A stretch of DNA of 64,000 bases from NCBI GenBank assembly GCA_043809315.1, contig JAZDDX010000009.1:1-64000 (forward strand). Direction: 5' to 3'. The notes under the pieces were generated by a model. It did not search any database. It was not told the origin of the DNA and worked only from the letters and a program-made list of their open reading frames with translations. The DNA is from Pseudomonadota bacterium. Its GTDB lineage: Bacteria > Bdellovibrionota_G > JALEGL01 > DATDPG01. A program made the translations under genes and the position numbers. Below, piece after piece: positions 19,813 through 29,742 of this stretch; position 1 is the first letter of the stretch; each line of letters starts with the position of its first letter.

Positions 19813-20999
19813 GACCTCTTCACGCCATCGGGATCATGTCGGGAACGTCGCTGGACGGGATCGACGCCGTCCTGGTCCGAGCCGTCCCGAAACGATCGGG
19901 GTATGGCGTTCAAATTCTCGGCCACCGTTTTGACCCCTTCCCGCGAGGGTATTCAAAGACGGTTCGAGCGGCCGCCGCGGACGATTCGTTGCGAACGGCG
20001 GCTCGCATCGGGGCGGTCTGGTCGGAACGGAGTTCGCGAACGGTTCTTCGACTCCTCCGGTCCGTCCCCTTCTCCGCCGCTCGTGTCGATTGCATTGCAG
20101 CCCATGGCCAGACTCTCGTTCATGAACCGATCCCGACGCAGTTTCTCGGAGAACGGATCGGCTTCACGATTCAGGTAGGTGATCTTTCCCGTCTCGCGAT
20201 CCGAACCGCGATTCCGGTCGTAGGAAACTTCCGCGCTGCGGATGTCGCCGAAGGGGGACACGGCGCACCTCTTACCCCGCACGGACACGCCCTCCTGTTC
20301 GGAACTCTCGCAAAGTGCGTCGCGGTTCAGAACCTCGGAGGGATCGGAAACGTCACCCTTCTTCGAAACGGACGGGTCTCGCTCGCTTTCGACACCGGAC
20401 CGGCCAACGCTTGGATCGACGCCGTCGTCCGGCAGAAAACGAACGGGCGCCTAGCGTACGACCGGGACGGCCGGCTCGCCGAACGGGGGAAACCGGACGG
20501 GATCCTCGTTGCGAAGCTCGCGGCCGATCCCTATTTCCGCAAGAAGCCGCCGAAATCGGCCGGTTGGGAACAATTCGGCCCGGCACGTCTCGCCCCGTAT
20601 CGAGCCCGGTTCTCCCGCCTTTCGCTCGCCGACGCCGTTGCGACCGCGACGTATGCCACCGCCTTCGTCACCGCCGAGGCATACCAAGCTTTTGTTTTTC
20701 CGATTGGAAAACCGAAACTTCTGATCCTCACCGGCGGCGGAGCCAAGAACTCATTTTTCGTCCGATTGCTCGGGAAGTTTCTCCCCGAACTCCGGATCGT
20801 CACCTCGGACGCGTTCGGCATCCCCCCGGATCAGCTGGAGGCGGTTTGTTTTGCGCTGCTCGGAATCGAAACGCTTCGCGGGCGCCCGTCGAGCGAGCCT
20901 TCGGCGACCGGAGCCCGGAAAGCGGCCCTCTGCGGGGAGATCTCGTTCGGAGGGGTCGGAGCCCGAATTGACAGGGTTCGAAGCGTGTTGTTACGGTGA
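19809..20999 (+). CDS. anmK: Anhydro-N-acetylmuramic acid kinase
   Basis: GIMSGTSLDGID, HGQT, FRAADVAEGGHGAPL, NLGGIGN, DTGPAN and GGGAKN. Confidence 0.95.
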   Translation: MRPLHAIGIMSGTSLDGIDAVLVRAVPKRSGYGVQILGHRFDPFPRGYSKTVRAAAADDSLRTAARIGAVWSERSSRTVLRLLRSVPFSAARVDCIAAHGQTLVHEPIPTQFLGERIGFTIQVGDLSRLAIRTAIPVVGNFRAADVAEGGHGAPLTPHGHALLFGTLAKCVAVQNLGGIGNVTLLRNGRVSLAFDTGPANAWIDAVVRQKTNGRLAYDRDGRLAERGKPDGILVAKLAADPYFRKKPPKSAGWEQFGPARLAPYRARFSRLSLADAVATATYATAFVTAEAYQAFVFPIGKPKLLILTGGGAKNSFFVRLLGKFLPELRIVTSDAFGIPPDQLEAVCFALLGIETLRGRPSSEPSATGARKAALCGEISFGGVGARIDRVRSVLLR

Positions 21000-21003
21000 T
21001 CCG

Positions 21004-21285
21004 GTGAAGCTAAACCCCGACGAAGTCGCTCTCATCGTTAAGAAGATCCTCGAAGAGTGGAAGCGTCAGGATCTCACGAAGTTCAAGATCACCGATCTGG
21101 AGCTCACGAACCGCCTGAACGAGATCTTTCTCGCCGACCTTCGGGTGGAGGATGACCTGAACCGTGAGGTCGAAACGATGCTCGGGAAGTATGAAAACCA
21201 ATTCCAAAGCGGCGCGCTGGACCGGAGAAAGATGTTCCTGATGGTCAAGGCGCAGTTGGTGAAGGAGCGGAGGCTGGTGCTGTGA
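21004..21285 (+). CDS. DUF507 family protein
   Basis: (M)KL...EDDLNREVETML...RKMFLMVKAQLVKER pattern; GTG start at 21004. Confidence 0.8.
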   Translation: MKLNPDEVALIVKKILEEWKRQDLTKFKITDLELTNRLNEIFLADLRVEDDLNREVETMLGKYENQFQSGALDRRKMFLMVKAQLVKERRLVL

Positions 21286-21554
21286 GGCTGAGCGAGGACA
21301 AAGTTTCCCACATCGCCCATCTCCTGACGGAGGGACCGGCGCTCAAGGGGTGGATCGAGACCCCGGACCAGGGGCGGCTCTTGAAGGTGACCAAGCAGGT
21401 TCTCGGCCATTTCTGTCATCTCGACGAAGAGGTCGACGTCGTCGTGCGGAAGAAACTGGCGTCGTACGGCCGCGGGATTCCGGAAGGAAGCCGGGAGTGG
21501 GACGTGCTCTACCGGAAACATTTCCAAGAGGAGATGAAAAAGCGGTGGAGATAA
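21282..21554 (+). CDS. DUF507 family protein (second paralog type)
   Basis: MRLSEDKVSHIAH...VRKKLASYGRGIPEGSREWDVLYRKHFQEEM. Confidence 0.85.
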   Translation: MRLSEDKVSHIAHLLTEGPALKGWIETPDQGRLLKVTKQVLGHFCHLDEEVDVVVRKKLASYGRGIPEGSREWDVLYRKHFQEEMKKRWR

Positions 21555-23359
21555 AACGACAGGACCTTCGCTACCTCGTCGCATTCGGCTTTTGTTTCGC
21601 CTTCCTTCTCTCCTCCCGATTCACGGTCCTCGCCGAGAAGCCGTACCATCACGACGAGTCGCTCTACGCGACGGAGGCATGGCGTTGGGCGACCCAGGGG
21701 ATCTACAAGTTCAACCCGATGTTGCACGGGCCGTTCCTGTTTCACGTCCACGCTCTCCTCTTCCTGATCCTGCCGATCAACGACTTCACCGGTCGGTTGC
21801 CGGTCGTGATGGCCGGGATCGGCCTGGCGCTTTTCGCCCTTTCCTTCGTGCAACGGACAGGGTGGCTTTCGGCGGTCGTCTGGCTGGCTCTGATCTCGTT
21901 CTCGCCGATCTTCTGCTACTTCTCCCGGTTCCTCGGGATGGATCTCCCGATGACGTTCCTGGCAACCGGGTTCCTCGTCTTCGCGCTACGGACGTGGGAA
22001 CAGCATTCCGTTAAGTACCTGTACCTCACCGCATTCTTCTTCGTTTCTCTCGTCTGCACGAAACTGAACTGGCTCTTCTATTTCTTCTCGTTCGGGACGT
22101 TCCTCCTGGCCCGGCCGCTCTGGGCGGAGGAAAAGTATCTCGAAATTCTCCGTTCCGGGGTCCAAACAGGCAGGAAATTCGCGAAAGGATTCGGAAAGCA
22201 CTGGTACGGGGTCGGCGCGCTCGTCGTGGGGATCTTCTGCGCCCTCAACTCCTCGCTCGGAAAAAACTGGGGAGGGATTCTCGATGCGCTCGGTCGCACG
22301 ATGATCCCGTACTGGATTAACCAACATAAGATCGAACGGGTCGGCGGGCCGTTCGACTACTACTTCCCTCTCGTCGCGACGTACGAACTCCCGCTCTTTC
22401 TCGGAATCCTCTGGGCGATTCTCCACATCCTTCGGGTTTCGAAGCGGGTCCGGAGAGTCTTTCTCACCTGGACGACCGCCTCGATCGCCGTCCTCCTCTT
22501 TCTGGCCGCCTCGTGGAGTTTGCTCGGGGGTCCGTTGAACAAGGTGCTCCATTTCAAGAACGCGTTCCAACCGGCCCTCTTCACGTTCGAGATCGGCCTC
22601 TGGCTCGCTCTGATGAAATACCACCTCAAGGAAGGGGAGGATTTTGCGGCGTTCGCGGCGCACTGGGGAATGACGTCGCTTCTCCTCTATTCGATGGCGG
22701 GAGAAAAGGTCCCCTGGCTGGCGACCAACGTGATCCTGCCGTGGTGTTTTTATTTCGCCGTCGTCATCCCCCCCCTCTTCCTCGACTGGATGACCCGACC
22801 GGTTTCCCGGGCCGCGCTCGGGTTCATCATCATCGTCGTCTTCGCCTGGCAGGGGGTGATCACGATGCGGGCTTGCGTCGATCTCTCCGCGAACCCGCGG
22901 GAACGGCTGGTCTACACGCACTCCTCCTGGGAGATGGTCGACCTGGTGGAGCGGATCCATCACATGGCGAGGGCGACCGGCGAGGGACTCGACCTCAACA
23001 TCCAGGTGAACGGAGACGGCGTCTGGCCCCTTCAGTGGTACCTGCGGGACTACAAGCACTGGTTCTGGCCCGAGATCAATCCGGCCCAGCATCCGGAAAT
23101 CGTCATCGAAAGTTGGGATAAGAAAGATGCGCTCGAGGCCAAGTTGGGTCCGGGCTTCGCGATCGAACGCGTCCGTCTCCGAGTCTGGTGGGTCCCCGAT
23201 CCTGCGAAGGCGACGTTCGTCGACTGCGTGAAGTACTATTTCACGCGCGTGATCTTCAGTCCGACCGGCTCGACCGACATCGCCGTCTTCATCAAGGGGA
23301 CGCTCCTGAACGAGTGGCGGAGTTTCGCCCCCACTCGCGTGATCCGACCGACGTTCTAA
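21545..23359 (+). CDS. TIGR03663 / Agl23-like GT-C (PMT-like) polytopic membrane protein
   Basis: HHDES, YKFNPMLHGPFLFH, YFSRF, GPFDYY, EKVPWL, LVYTHS and WPLQWYLR; many TM helices. GTG start at 21545. Confidence 0.8.
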   Translation: MEIKRQDLRYLVAFGFCFAFLLSSRFTVLAEKPYHHDESLYATEAWRWATQGIYKFNPMLHGPFLFHVHALLFLILPINDFTGRLPVVMAGIGLALFALSFVQRTGWLSAVVWLALISFSPIFCYFSRFLGMDLPMTFLATGFLVFALRTWEQHSVKYLYLTAFFFVSLVCTKLNWLFYFFSFGTFLLARPLWAEEKYLEILRSGVQTGRKFAKGFGKHWYGVGALVVGIFCALNSSLGKNWGGILDALGRTMIPYWINQHKIERVGGPFDYYFPLVATYELPLFLGILWAILHILRVSKRVRRVFLTWTTASIAVLLFLAASWSLLGGPLNKVLHFKNAFQPALFTFEIGLWLALMKYHLKEGEDFAAFAAHWGMTSLLLYSMAGEKVPWLATNVILPWCFYFAVVIPPLFLDWMTRPVSRAALGFIIIVVFAWQGVITMRACVDLSANPRERLVYTHSSWEMVDLVERIHHMARATGEGLDLNIQVNGDGVWPLQWYLRDYKHWFWPEINPAQHPEIVIESWDKKDALEAKLGPGFAIERVRLRVWWVPDPAKATFVDCVKYYFTRVIFSPTGSTDIAVFIKGTLLNEWRSFAPTRVIRPTF

Positions 23360-25942
23360 TTAGTTCACCGCGGGCGAGAGAAGAACCATCACGGCGTCAT
23401 CGGGGGTGAGGTAGCGGAGCGCCGCCTGCTGCACTTCCTTCGCCGTCACGCGCTGGATCCCGCGGGTATAATCCGCAAGGGATCGGTCGGTTCCGTATAA
23501 CTCCCCGAGACAGAGCTGGGCCGCTTGCGGCCCGGTCCGCTGCAGGTCGATTTCGTAGTTCCCGATCAGAAAATTCTTCACCCGCTCGAGCTCGTCCGCC
23601 GCAGCCGGAGTTTCGCGAACACGTCCGACCTCGGCGCGGATCTCGTCCATCGCCTGTTCCACCTGTTCCGGCGCGGTGTTGAAGCTGATCGAGAAGTGCC
23701 CTTCCGTCAGGCTGTGCATGACCGACGTGTCGGCCGAGTAGACCAGCCCCAGCTCCTCCCGCAACCGGACATAAAGCCGCCCGCCCCCCGAACTGGCGAG
23801 TAACGCCGAAAGAACATCCAGCGCGAAACGATCGGGGCTGTCGAGTCGCGAGCCGCGGAAGCCGTACTGGACGTACGCCTTTTCCCCGCGGATCGGGCGT
23901 CGGATCTCGGTCAACCCTTTGAGAGGTAGGAGTGCAGCCGGCCCCGAAAGCATCGGTCCCCCTTTCGGGACCTTCGGCACCAACGCATCCATGCGCTCGC
24001 GAAGGAGATCGGGGTCAATCTCCCCGACCACGCCGATCACGAGACGCTCGGGCCGCACGTAGGAACGATAATGTTTCCGAAGCGCCGCCCCTGTCATCCC
24101 TTCCAGCGAATCTTTCCGTCCCAGAAGATTCATGCCGAACGGATGGCAGGGATAGATCGCCTCAAGGAACAAATTCGAGGCGGCGGTTTCGAAATAATCC
24201 TCCTGCGTCTCGAGTTCGCGGATCAGCACGTTCCGCTCCTGCTTTATCTCCGGTTTATCGAACGTCGGGGAGAGAAGAACATCGAAGAAAAGATCGAGCC
24301 CCGACTCGAGGTTCCGCTGGACCATCTCCATCCGGAGTCCCTGGAAGTTCCGTGCGGCGATCCCGTCGAGGTCGGCCTGAAGGAGCGTCACCTCGTCCGC
24401 GATCTGATCGTCGGCCCGCCGGACCGTCCCGCGATCGACAGTCGATGCGATCAGGGTCGAGATGCCGTTCGTCTCGGGTGTCTCCGTCCAGAGCCCGCCC
24501 TTCACCGCGGCATAGAGTGAGCAGATGCGCGAGCCGGGAAGACGCCGGAAAACGACCCGCGTCCCCCGCGAAAGTTCGAACCGCTCCAGATCGTCTTCCT
24601 TCTGCACGCGAAGAATCGGCCGTTTCCGGATGCGTTCCCCGGCATCAACCCATTTTTGGATCTCTTGCGGCGTCAGCGACTTCTCCTGTTTCGGCAGAAG
24701 CAACGCCAACCCCATCCGGTCGAAATCGAAATACTTCGCGGCAGCCCCCCTCACTTCCCCTTCCGTCGTCGCCAGAACCCGTGCGCGGTATTTGGCTTCC
24801 TCCTCGTACGATCCGTACGTGAGCTCGAAGTAGCCGAGCGTCCGCGCACGCCCTTCCGCCGTCTCGTCGCCGAACGCCATCTCCTTCTCCAGTGTCAGTT
24901 TCGCGCGACTCAGCTCAAGGGGCGAGATCAGCTCGGTCTTCAGGAGCCGGAGCTGCCGGACGATCTCCCGGACCGCCTCCCCTTCGTGCCCGGCATACGG
25001 GAGCGCGTGGAAAACGAACGATCCGCGCTGCAGCGGGATGAAGAGATTCGTCTGGATCGAACGGGTCACCTCCCTCTTCAAACGCAGTTCGCGATAGAGG
25101 CGGGATGTCTCTCCGCCGGCAAGAACGACACTCAACAATTCCAACGCAGCAACATCGGGGTGATGCGCCCCCGGGATCGCGAACGCCGCTTCGAGAATCC
25201 GCTCCTCACTTCCCCGGGCGATGGACGTGAAAACATTCTTCTCCAGGTTCGCCGCCGGGGGGATCGTCGGCACCGGCGTGGAGCCGTTGGTCAGTTCGCC
25301 CGAAAAATCCCGGACCGCATCGCAGAGGAGGTTCCACTCGACGTTCCCGGCGACGGCGAGAACCATGTTCTTCGGTCGGTACCCTCGGGCGTAAAACGAT
25401 TTTGCCGTCTCGACGCTGATCTTGCGGATCTGCCCCGCCGTTGCAATGACAGGGCGACCGTACGGGTGTCCCGGGTAGATGCTCTCGAAGAACTTCTCGC
25501 CGAGAAAATTATCAAGGGCATCGTCCCCCTCGCGGATCTCCTCCAGGATGACCTGTCGCTCGATCTCGAACTCCTCCTCGTCCATCTGAGAATGGAAGAG
25601 CATGTCGGCAAAGACATCGAGCCCCTGGCGCCAGAAACGGCTCGGAAGGACCAGGTGATAGACGGTGTGATCGTATGTGGTGAAGGCGTTGACGTTCCCG
25701 CCGAGGTTCTCGATCTCGTCGTTGATGGCGATCGAGTCGCGCCGCTCGGTCCCTTTGAAGAGCATGTGCTCGAGAAAGTGGGCCGACCCTCCCTCGCCTG
25801 CCTGTTCGTGAGCGCTACCGACCCCGACGAACAGGTGGTAGGCTGCCACCGGCGCGGACTCGATATGCTCATGAACCAGCGTAAGGCCGTTCGGAAGGAC
25901 CGCTCGCATGATGCGACCGGAGGTCAAAGCTCCGCGATCCAT
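23360..25942 (-). CDS. M16 family zinc peptidase (fused two-half pitrilysin-like)
   Basis: LPNGL, AHFLEHMLFKGT (HxxEH), NAFT, SRLY..LR; the second half has RLYVRLREELGLVYS. Start at MDRGAL (25942). Confidence 0.93.
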   Translation of the reverse strand: MDRGALTSGRIMRAVLPNGLTLVHEHIESAPVAAYHLFVGVGSAHEQAGEGGSAHFLEHMLFKGTERRDSIAINDEIENLGGNVNAFTTYDHTVYHLVLPSRFWRQGLDVFADMLFHSQMDEEEFEIERQVILEEIREGDDALDNFLGEKFFESIYPGHPYGRPVIATAGQIRKISVETAKSFYARGYRPKNMVLAVAGNVEWNLLCDAVRDFSGELTNGSTPVPTIPPAANLEKNVFTSIARGSEERILEAAFAIPGAHHPDVAALELLSVVLAGGETSRLYRELRLKREVTRSIQTNLFIPLQRGSFVFHALPYAGHEGEAVREIVRQLRLLKTELISPLELSRAKLTLEKEMAFGDETAEGRARTLGYFELTYGSYEEEAKYRARVLATTEGEVRGAAAKYFDFDRMGLALLLPKQEKSLTPQEIQKWVDAGERIRKRPILRVQKEDDLERFELSRGTRVVFRRLPGSRICSLYAAVKGGLWTETPETNGISTLIASTVDRGTVRRADDQIADEVTLLQADLDGIAARNFQGLRMEMVQRNLESGLDLFFDVLLSPTFDKPEIKQERNVLIRELETQEDYFETAASNLFLEAIYPCHPFGMNLLGRKDSLEGMTGAALRKHYRSYVRPERLVIGVVGEIDPDLLRERMDALVPKVPKGGPMLSGPAALLPLKGLTEIRRPIRGEKAYVQYGFRGSRLDSPDRFALDVLSALLASSGGGRLYVRLREELGLVYSADTSVMHSLTEGHFSISFNTAPEQVEQAMDEIRAEVGRVRETPAAADELERVKNFLIGNYEIDLQRTGPQAAQLCLGELYGTDRSLADYTRGIQRVTAKEVQQAALRYLTPDDAVMVLLSPAVN

Positions 25943-25964
25943 AAGGGGCGGGAACCTACCGAAG

Positions 25965-27127
25965 ATGCCCCCCCCTGTAAAGCCGCGCGGAGCTCTCCCG
26001 GGCTCTACCTCCACGTGCCGTTTTGCACGGTGAAGTGCCCCTACTGCGACTTCTACACCTATCCGCACCGAGGAACGACGCAGTACGTCCAGGCGGTCGT
26101 GAAGGAGATTCAGCACGCTGCCGAGTTCGGATGGAAAAGCGACACGGTTTTCGCTTCGGTGTTCTTGGGAGGGGGAACGCCGAGTCTTCTTTCCCTCCAG
26201 GAACTCAAGATCTTGTTCGACCGGTTCCGGTTCGAAAAGAAGGCGGAAGTCACGATCGAGATCAATCCGGAGAATGTGACGGCCGAAAAGGCAAAGGGTT
26301 GGCACGATCTCGGGATCAATCGCGCAAGTCTCGGGGTGCAGTCGCTCGACGATACGGCGCTGGTTCGTTTGAAGCGTACACACAAGGCGGCCGACTCTCG
26401 AAAGGCGTTCGACCTTCTCCGGAGTGCTGGGTTCGAGAATGTCAGCATCGATCTGATCTTCGGTCTCGAAGGACAAACACCGAAGAATTGGGAAACGACT
26501 CTCCGCGAGGTTCTCGCCTGGAGACCGGATCACATCTCCGCGTATGGGCTCACGATCGAGGAGAAAACCCGTTTCGCCGTCGAGGTTCGGCAGGGAATGC
26601 TTCGGCTCCCCCCCGAAGAGGATCAACTCCGGATGTTCCGTGCGACACGGGAGATCTTGTCTGACGCCGGTCTTCCGCCGTACGAAATCTCGAACTACGC
26701 GAAACCGGGGTTCGAGTCCCGGCACAACCTCACCTATTGGACCGGTGGCGAATACTGGGGCGTCGGCGTCTCCGCTCATTCGTTTCAGCGGACTCCCGAG
26801 ATGAAACGGTGGTGGAACGTTTTGAACCTTCCGAAGTATATCGAGGCGCTCGGATCGGGGGGATTGGCGATCGACGGGAAAGAGACTCTCTCTCCGCAAC
26901 AGCATTGGAACGAACGGATGATCACTGGGCTTCGGTTAACTCGAGGGGTTGATCTCAAAGAGTTGGAGCAACAAATAGGATTCGATCGTTCACCACAGGT
27001 TGCCGATGCACTCATCGAATTGATTCAATCCGGCCACATTCTGAGAACGGGCGACAGGGTCACTCTGACAGAAGCCGGGGTACCGATTTCGGACGAGGTT
27101 TTTTCTCGGCTTTTATGCTACCTCTGA
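25965..27127 (+). CDS. hemW: Radical SAM heme chaperone HemW (HemN-like); start codon problematic
   Basis: LYLHVPFCTVKCPYCDF, FLGGGTPS, SLGVQS, YEISNYA, HNLTYW and GVGVSAHS. The nearest ATG (25965) is out of frame by one base across a C8 run. Confidence 0.9.
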
Positions 27128-27152
27128 CACAGTTTTTTTGGAGGTCCCTCCG

Positions 27153-27998
27153 ATGCCAAGACGCCTTCGCTCCCTGTCCCTTTTTCTTGTCGCGACCGCA
27201 ACCATGAGCTGCTTTCTGGGCAGCGACTCGGCCGTCACGCCGATCGATCTGACCCAGGCGGCCGCAGAATTCGAGTCGCCAACCGGAACGGTCAGCGATT
27301 CGAACGCCGTTGCGACGGTCAATATGGCGCTGGTGCAGAACTTTGCGAGTGGTGCTCTCTATTCCGCAGGAATGAACTATGGAATGGCAAAACAAAACAC
27401 CGCCTACGCGAACTGTTTGTCAGCCGCCGCGGAGGCCGGCAAGACCACGCTGGATTTCAAGTGTTTGAGCGATGCTGGAGGATTCGGGATCTATTCCGAA
27501 GGTGGGGTACTGCAGACCGCTTGCACCGGTTCCGGAAAAATGACGGTCACCGGCGATACTCGCTATCTCTCCTACATGACCGAGATCGCATTCGAAGCTT
27601 TCAGCTCAAGCTGTAATCACAACGGAACGTTGTACGAGATATCGTCGTTCAGCGGTGATTATCAGGCAACCGCGCTCGAACCCCCCAGCGAAGATCCGGA
27701 CTACGCTTGTATCAATGTCACTCTCACCGCGCGCGGTAATGGGCGAACGTACAACGGGTGCTGGTCGCACATGAAGCTGGAAAGGATTCTGATCGACGCA
27801 GGCGGGGGCCCTGTATTGGTTACATTCCCCTCCTCCCTTTCGAACTGCACCAATCTCTGTGTGGATATCCAGGATAAGAACGGAACAGGGAAGGTCGATT
27901 GCGTGGTCAACGACAAATGGGAAGGTTGTAGCCACCTAGATGAGATTGTCGACGTCTCCACCTGCACCATCACAAGAGACGCTACCTGCGGAACCTAA
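27153..27998 (+). CDS. Cys-rich lipoprotein of unknown function
   Basis: GGAGG RBS; lipobox ATMSC; 12 further Cys; visibly less GC-biased codon usage. Confidence 0.75.
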   Translation: MPRRLRSLSLFLVATATMSCFLGSDSAVTPIDLTQAAAEFESPTGTVSDSNAVATVNMALVQNFASGALYSAGMNYGMAKQNTAYANCLSAAAEAGKTTLDFKCLSDAGGFGIYSEGGVLQTACTGSGKMTVTGDTRYLSYMTEIAFEAFSSSCNHNGTLYEISSFSGDYQATALEPPSEDPDYACINVTLTARGNGRTYNGCWSHMKLERILIDAGGGPVLVTFPSSLSNCTNLCVDIQDKNGTGKVDCVVNDKWEGCSHLDEIVDVSTCTITRDATCGT

Positions 27999-28092
27999 GC
28001 TGAGTTCGCCGTTTGGGAGGGGACGAATTCGGGTCCAGTCGTGTGTCCCCCGAACTGTGGACTTTTTCCGTGATTTTGGGCAGTTAGGGGGC

Positions 28093-29130
28093 GTGACCGA
28101 CCTGCAGGACCGGAAACGTAAGGTTCTTTACGCCATCGTGCACGATTTCATCGTCAGTGCCGAGCCGATCGGGTCCTCCCAAGTATCCAAAAAGAAAGGG
28201 ATGAATCTCAGTTCCGCGACGATCCGGAACGTCATGTCGGAGCTCGAGGAGCGCGGCTTTTTGAAGCGCCCCCACACCTCCGCCGGCCGGGTGCCGACCG
28301 ACGCCGGGTACCGGTTCTACGTCGACGAGCTGATGAAACTCCGGCCGTTGACCGCGAACGAGAAGTCCGAGATCCGCTCCCGGGTCGAGTCCGGCACCTT
28401 CGACATGAACGAGATCCTCAAGGACGCCTGCCGGTTCGTCGCCGATCGCGCACACCAAGCCGGCATCGTCATGGCTCCCCGATCGGACGACCGGAGCCTG
28501 CAACACGTCCAGTTCGTGGGCCTCAAGGGGAACCTCGTGTTAGCCGTCCTCGTCTCCTCCACCGGGATCGTCGAAAACAAGATCCTCGAACTCGATCGAT
28601 TCACGCCACAGAACGAACTCGATCGGATGCACAACTACCTGAACGATCATTTCTCCGGCCGCGCGATGGGGAAGATCCGCCAGGAGATCCTTCTCGAAAT
28701 GAAGCGGGTGCAGACCGAGTATGACCAGTTGCTCACGCGGGCCCTCCTGCTCGGCGAAAGAGCGTTCTCCGACTCCACCCCCGACGTCTACATCGAAGGG
28801 CAGAGCCATCTTTTCTCCGTCCCCGAGTTCGGCGGGATGGAGCAGATGCAGGCGATCCTTCGGACCTTGGAGCAAAAAACATCGATCGTCCGATTGCTCG
28901 ATCAGTGCCTTCAGAACCCCGGCGTCAAGATCTTCATCGGTGAGGAGGTGGCCGGACCGGAGATCAACGGCCTGACGCTCATCACCTCGGCCTACAGCGA
29001 CGCCGAGGGGAACCCCGGGATGCTCGGGGTGATCGGACCGAAACGGATCGACTACGCCCGGATCGTACCGCTCGTCGATTTCACGTCACGAATGATCACC
29101 GACGCGCTGAAGAGAGAACGGAAGCCATGA
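28093..29130 (+). CDS. hrcA: Heat-inducible transcription repressor HrcA
   Basis: EPIGS, SSATIRNVMSELE, PHTSAGRVPTDAGYRFYVD and GVIGPKRIDY. GTG start at 28093. Confidence 0.96.
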   Translation: MTDLQDRKRKVLYAIVHDFIVSAEPIGSSQVSKKKGMNLSSATIRNVMSELEERGFLKRPHTSAGRVPTDAGYRFYVDELMKLRPLTANEKSEIRSRVESGTFDMNEILKDACRFVADRAHQAGIVMAPRSDDRSLQHVQFVGLKGNLVLAVLVSSTGIVENKILELDRFTPQNELDRMHNYLNDHFSGRAMGKIRQEILLEMKRVQTEYDQLLTRALLLGERAFSDSTPDVYIEGQSHLFSVPEFGGMEQMQAILRTLEQKTSIVRLLDQCLQNPGVKIFIGEEVAGPEINGLTLITSAYSDAEGNPGMLGVIGPKRIDYARIVPLVDFTSRMITDALKRERKP

Positions 29131-29717
29131 AAAAGAAAATGCCGGAAGAACCGATCGAAATCGAAGAAGCGAAACCGGAGGACACACTCCCGATCGTGGA
29201 GGAAGTCACCGAAGAGCCGAAAGCCGATGACACGTACGACCGCCTGGTCCGGGTCACCGCTGACTACGAAAATTTCCGGAAGCGGACGCAGAAGGAGAAG
29301 GCGGAGCTGATCCGATACGGAAACGAGAACCTCCTGCGCGAGGTTCTTCCCGTTCTCGACAACTTCGAGAGGGCTGTGGAACACGCACAGAAGAGTGCCG
29401 ACGTCGAATCGATCCGGACCGGCGTGGAGCTGATCCTCTCACAGCTCAAGACCACCCTGGACCGGTTCGGCCTCACGACCCAACCCTCGGTCGGGGAGCC
29501 GTTCGACCCCCTGGTCCACGAGGCGGTCAATCACATCCCTTCCGACGAGTTCCCCCCGAACACCGTCATGAACGAGCATCAGAAGGCGTATTTTCTGAAC
29601 AGCAGGCTCCTCCGACCGGCCCTGGTGACCGTCTCGAAGGGGGAGGAGGCCGCCCCCGAAGCCACGAAGGACGCAGGAGAGCCACAGGATTCAGTTTCAG
29701 ATGAAAAAAAGGAATAA
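29127..29717 (+). CDS. grpE: Nucleotide exchange factor GrpE
   Basis: ADYENFRKR, LPVLDNFERA, FDPLVHEA and RLLRPALVTV. Confidence 0.96.
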   Translation: MKKKMPEEPIEIEEAKPEDTLPIVEEVTEEPKADDTYDRLVRVTADYENFRKRTQKEKAELIRYGNENLLREVLPVLDNFERAVEHAQKSADVESIRTGVELILSQLKTTLDRFGLTTQPSVGEPFDPLVHEAVNHIPSDEFPPNTVMNEHQKAYFLNSRLLRPALVTVSKGEEAAPEATKDAGEPQDSVSDEKKE

Positions 29718-29742
29718 CTGCGTAACATAGCGAGTTTCGAGC

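Noticed and set aside
23360-27127. Apparent 1181-aa (minus) and 823-aa (plus) mutually overlapping giant ORFs
   Set aside because: The N-terminal extensions are antisense shadows of the neighbouring gene in GC-rich DNA. The real genes are the M16 peptidase (to 25942) and hemW (from about 25965).
27999-28092. CIRCE element or RNA thermometer upstream of hrcA
   Set aside because: No CIRCE consensus is present. There is only a weak GGGGAC/GTCCCC pairing, which is insufficient to call a structured RNA.
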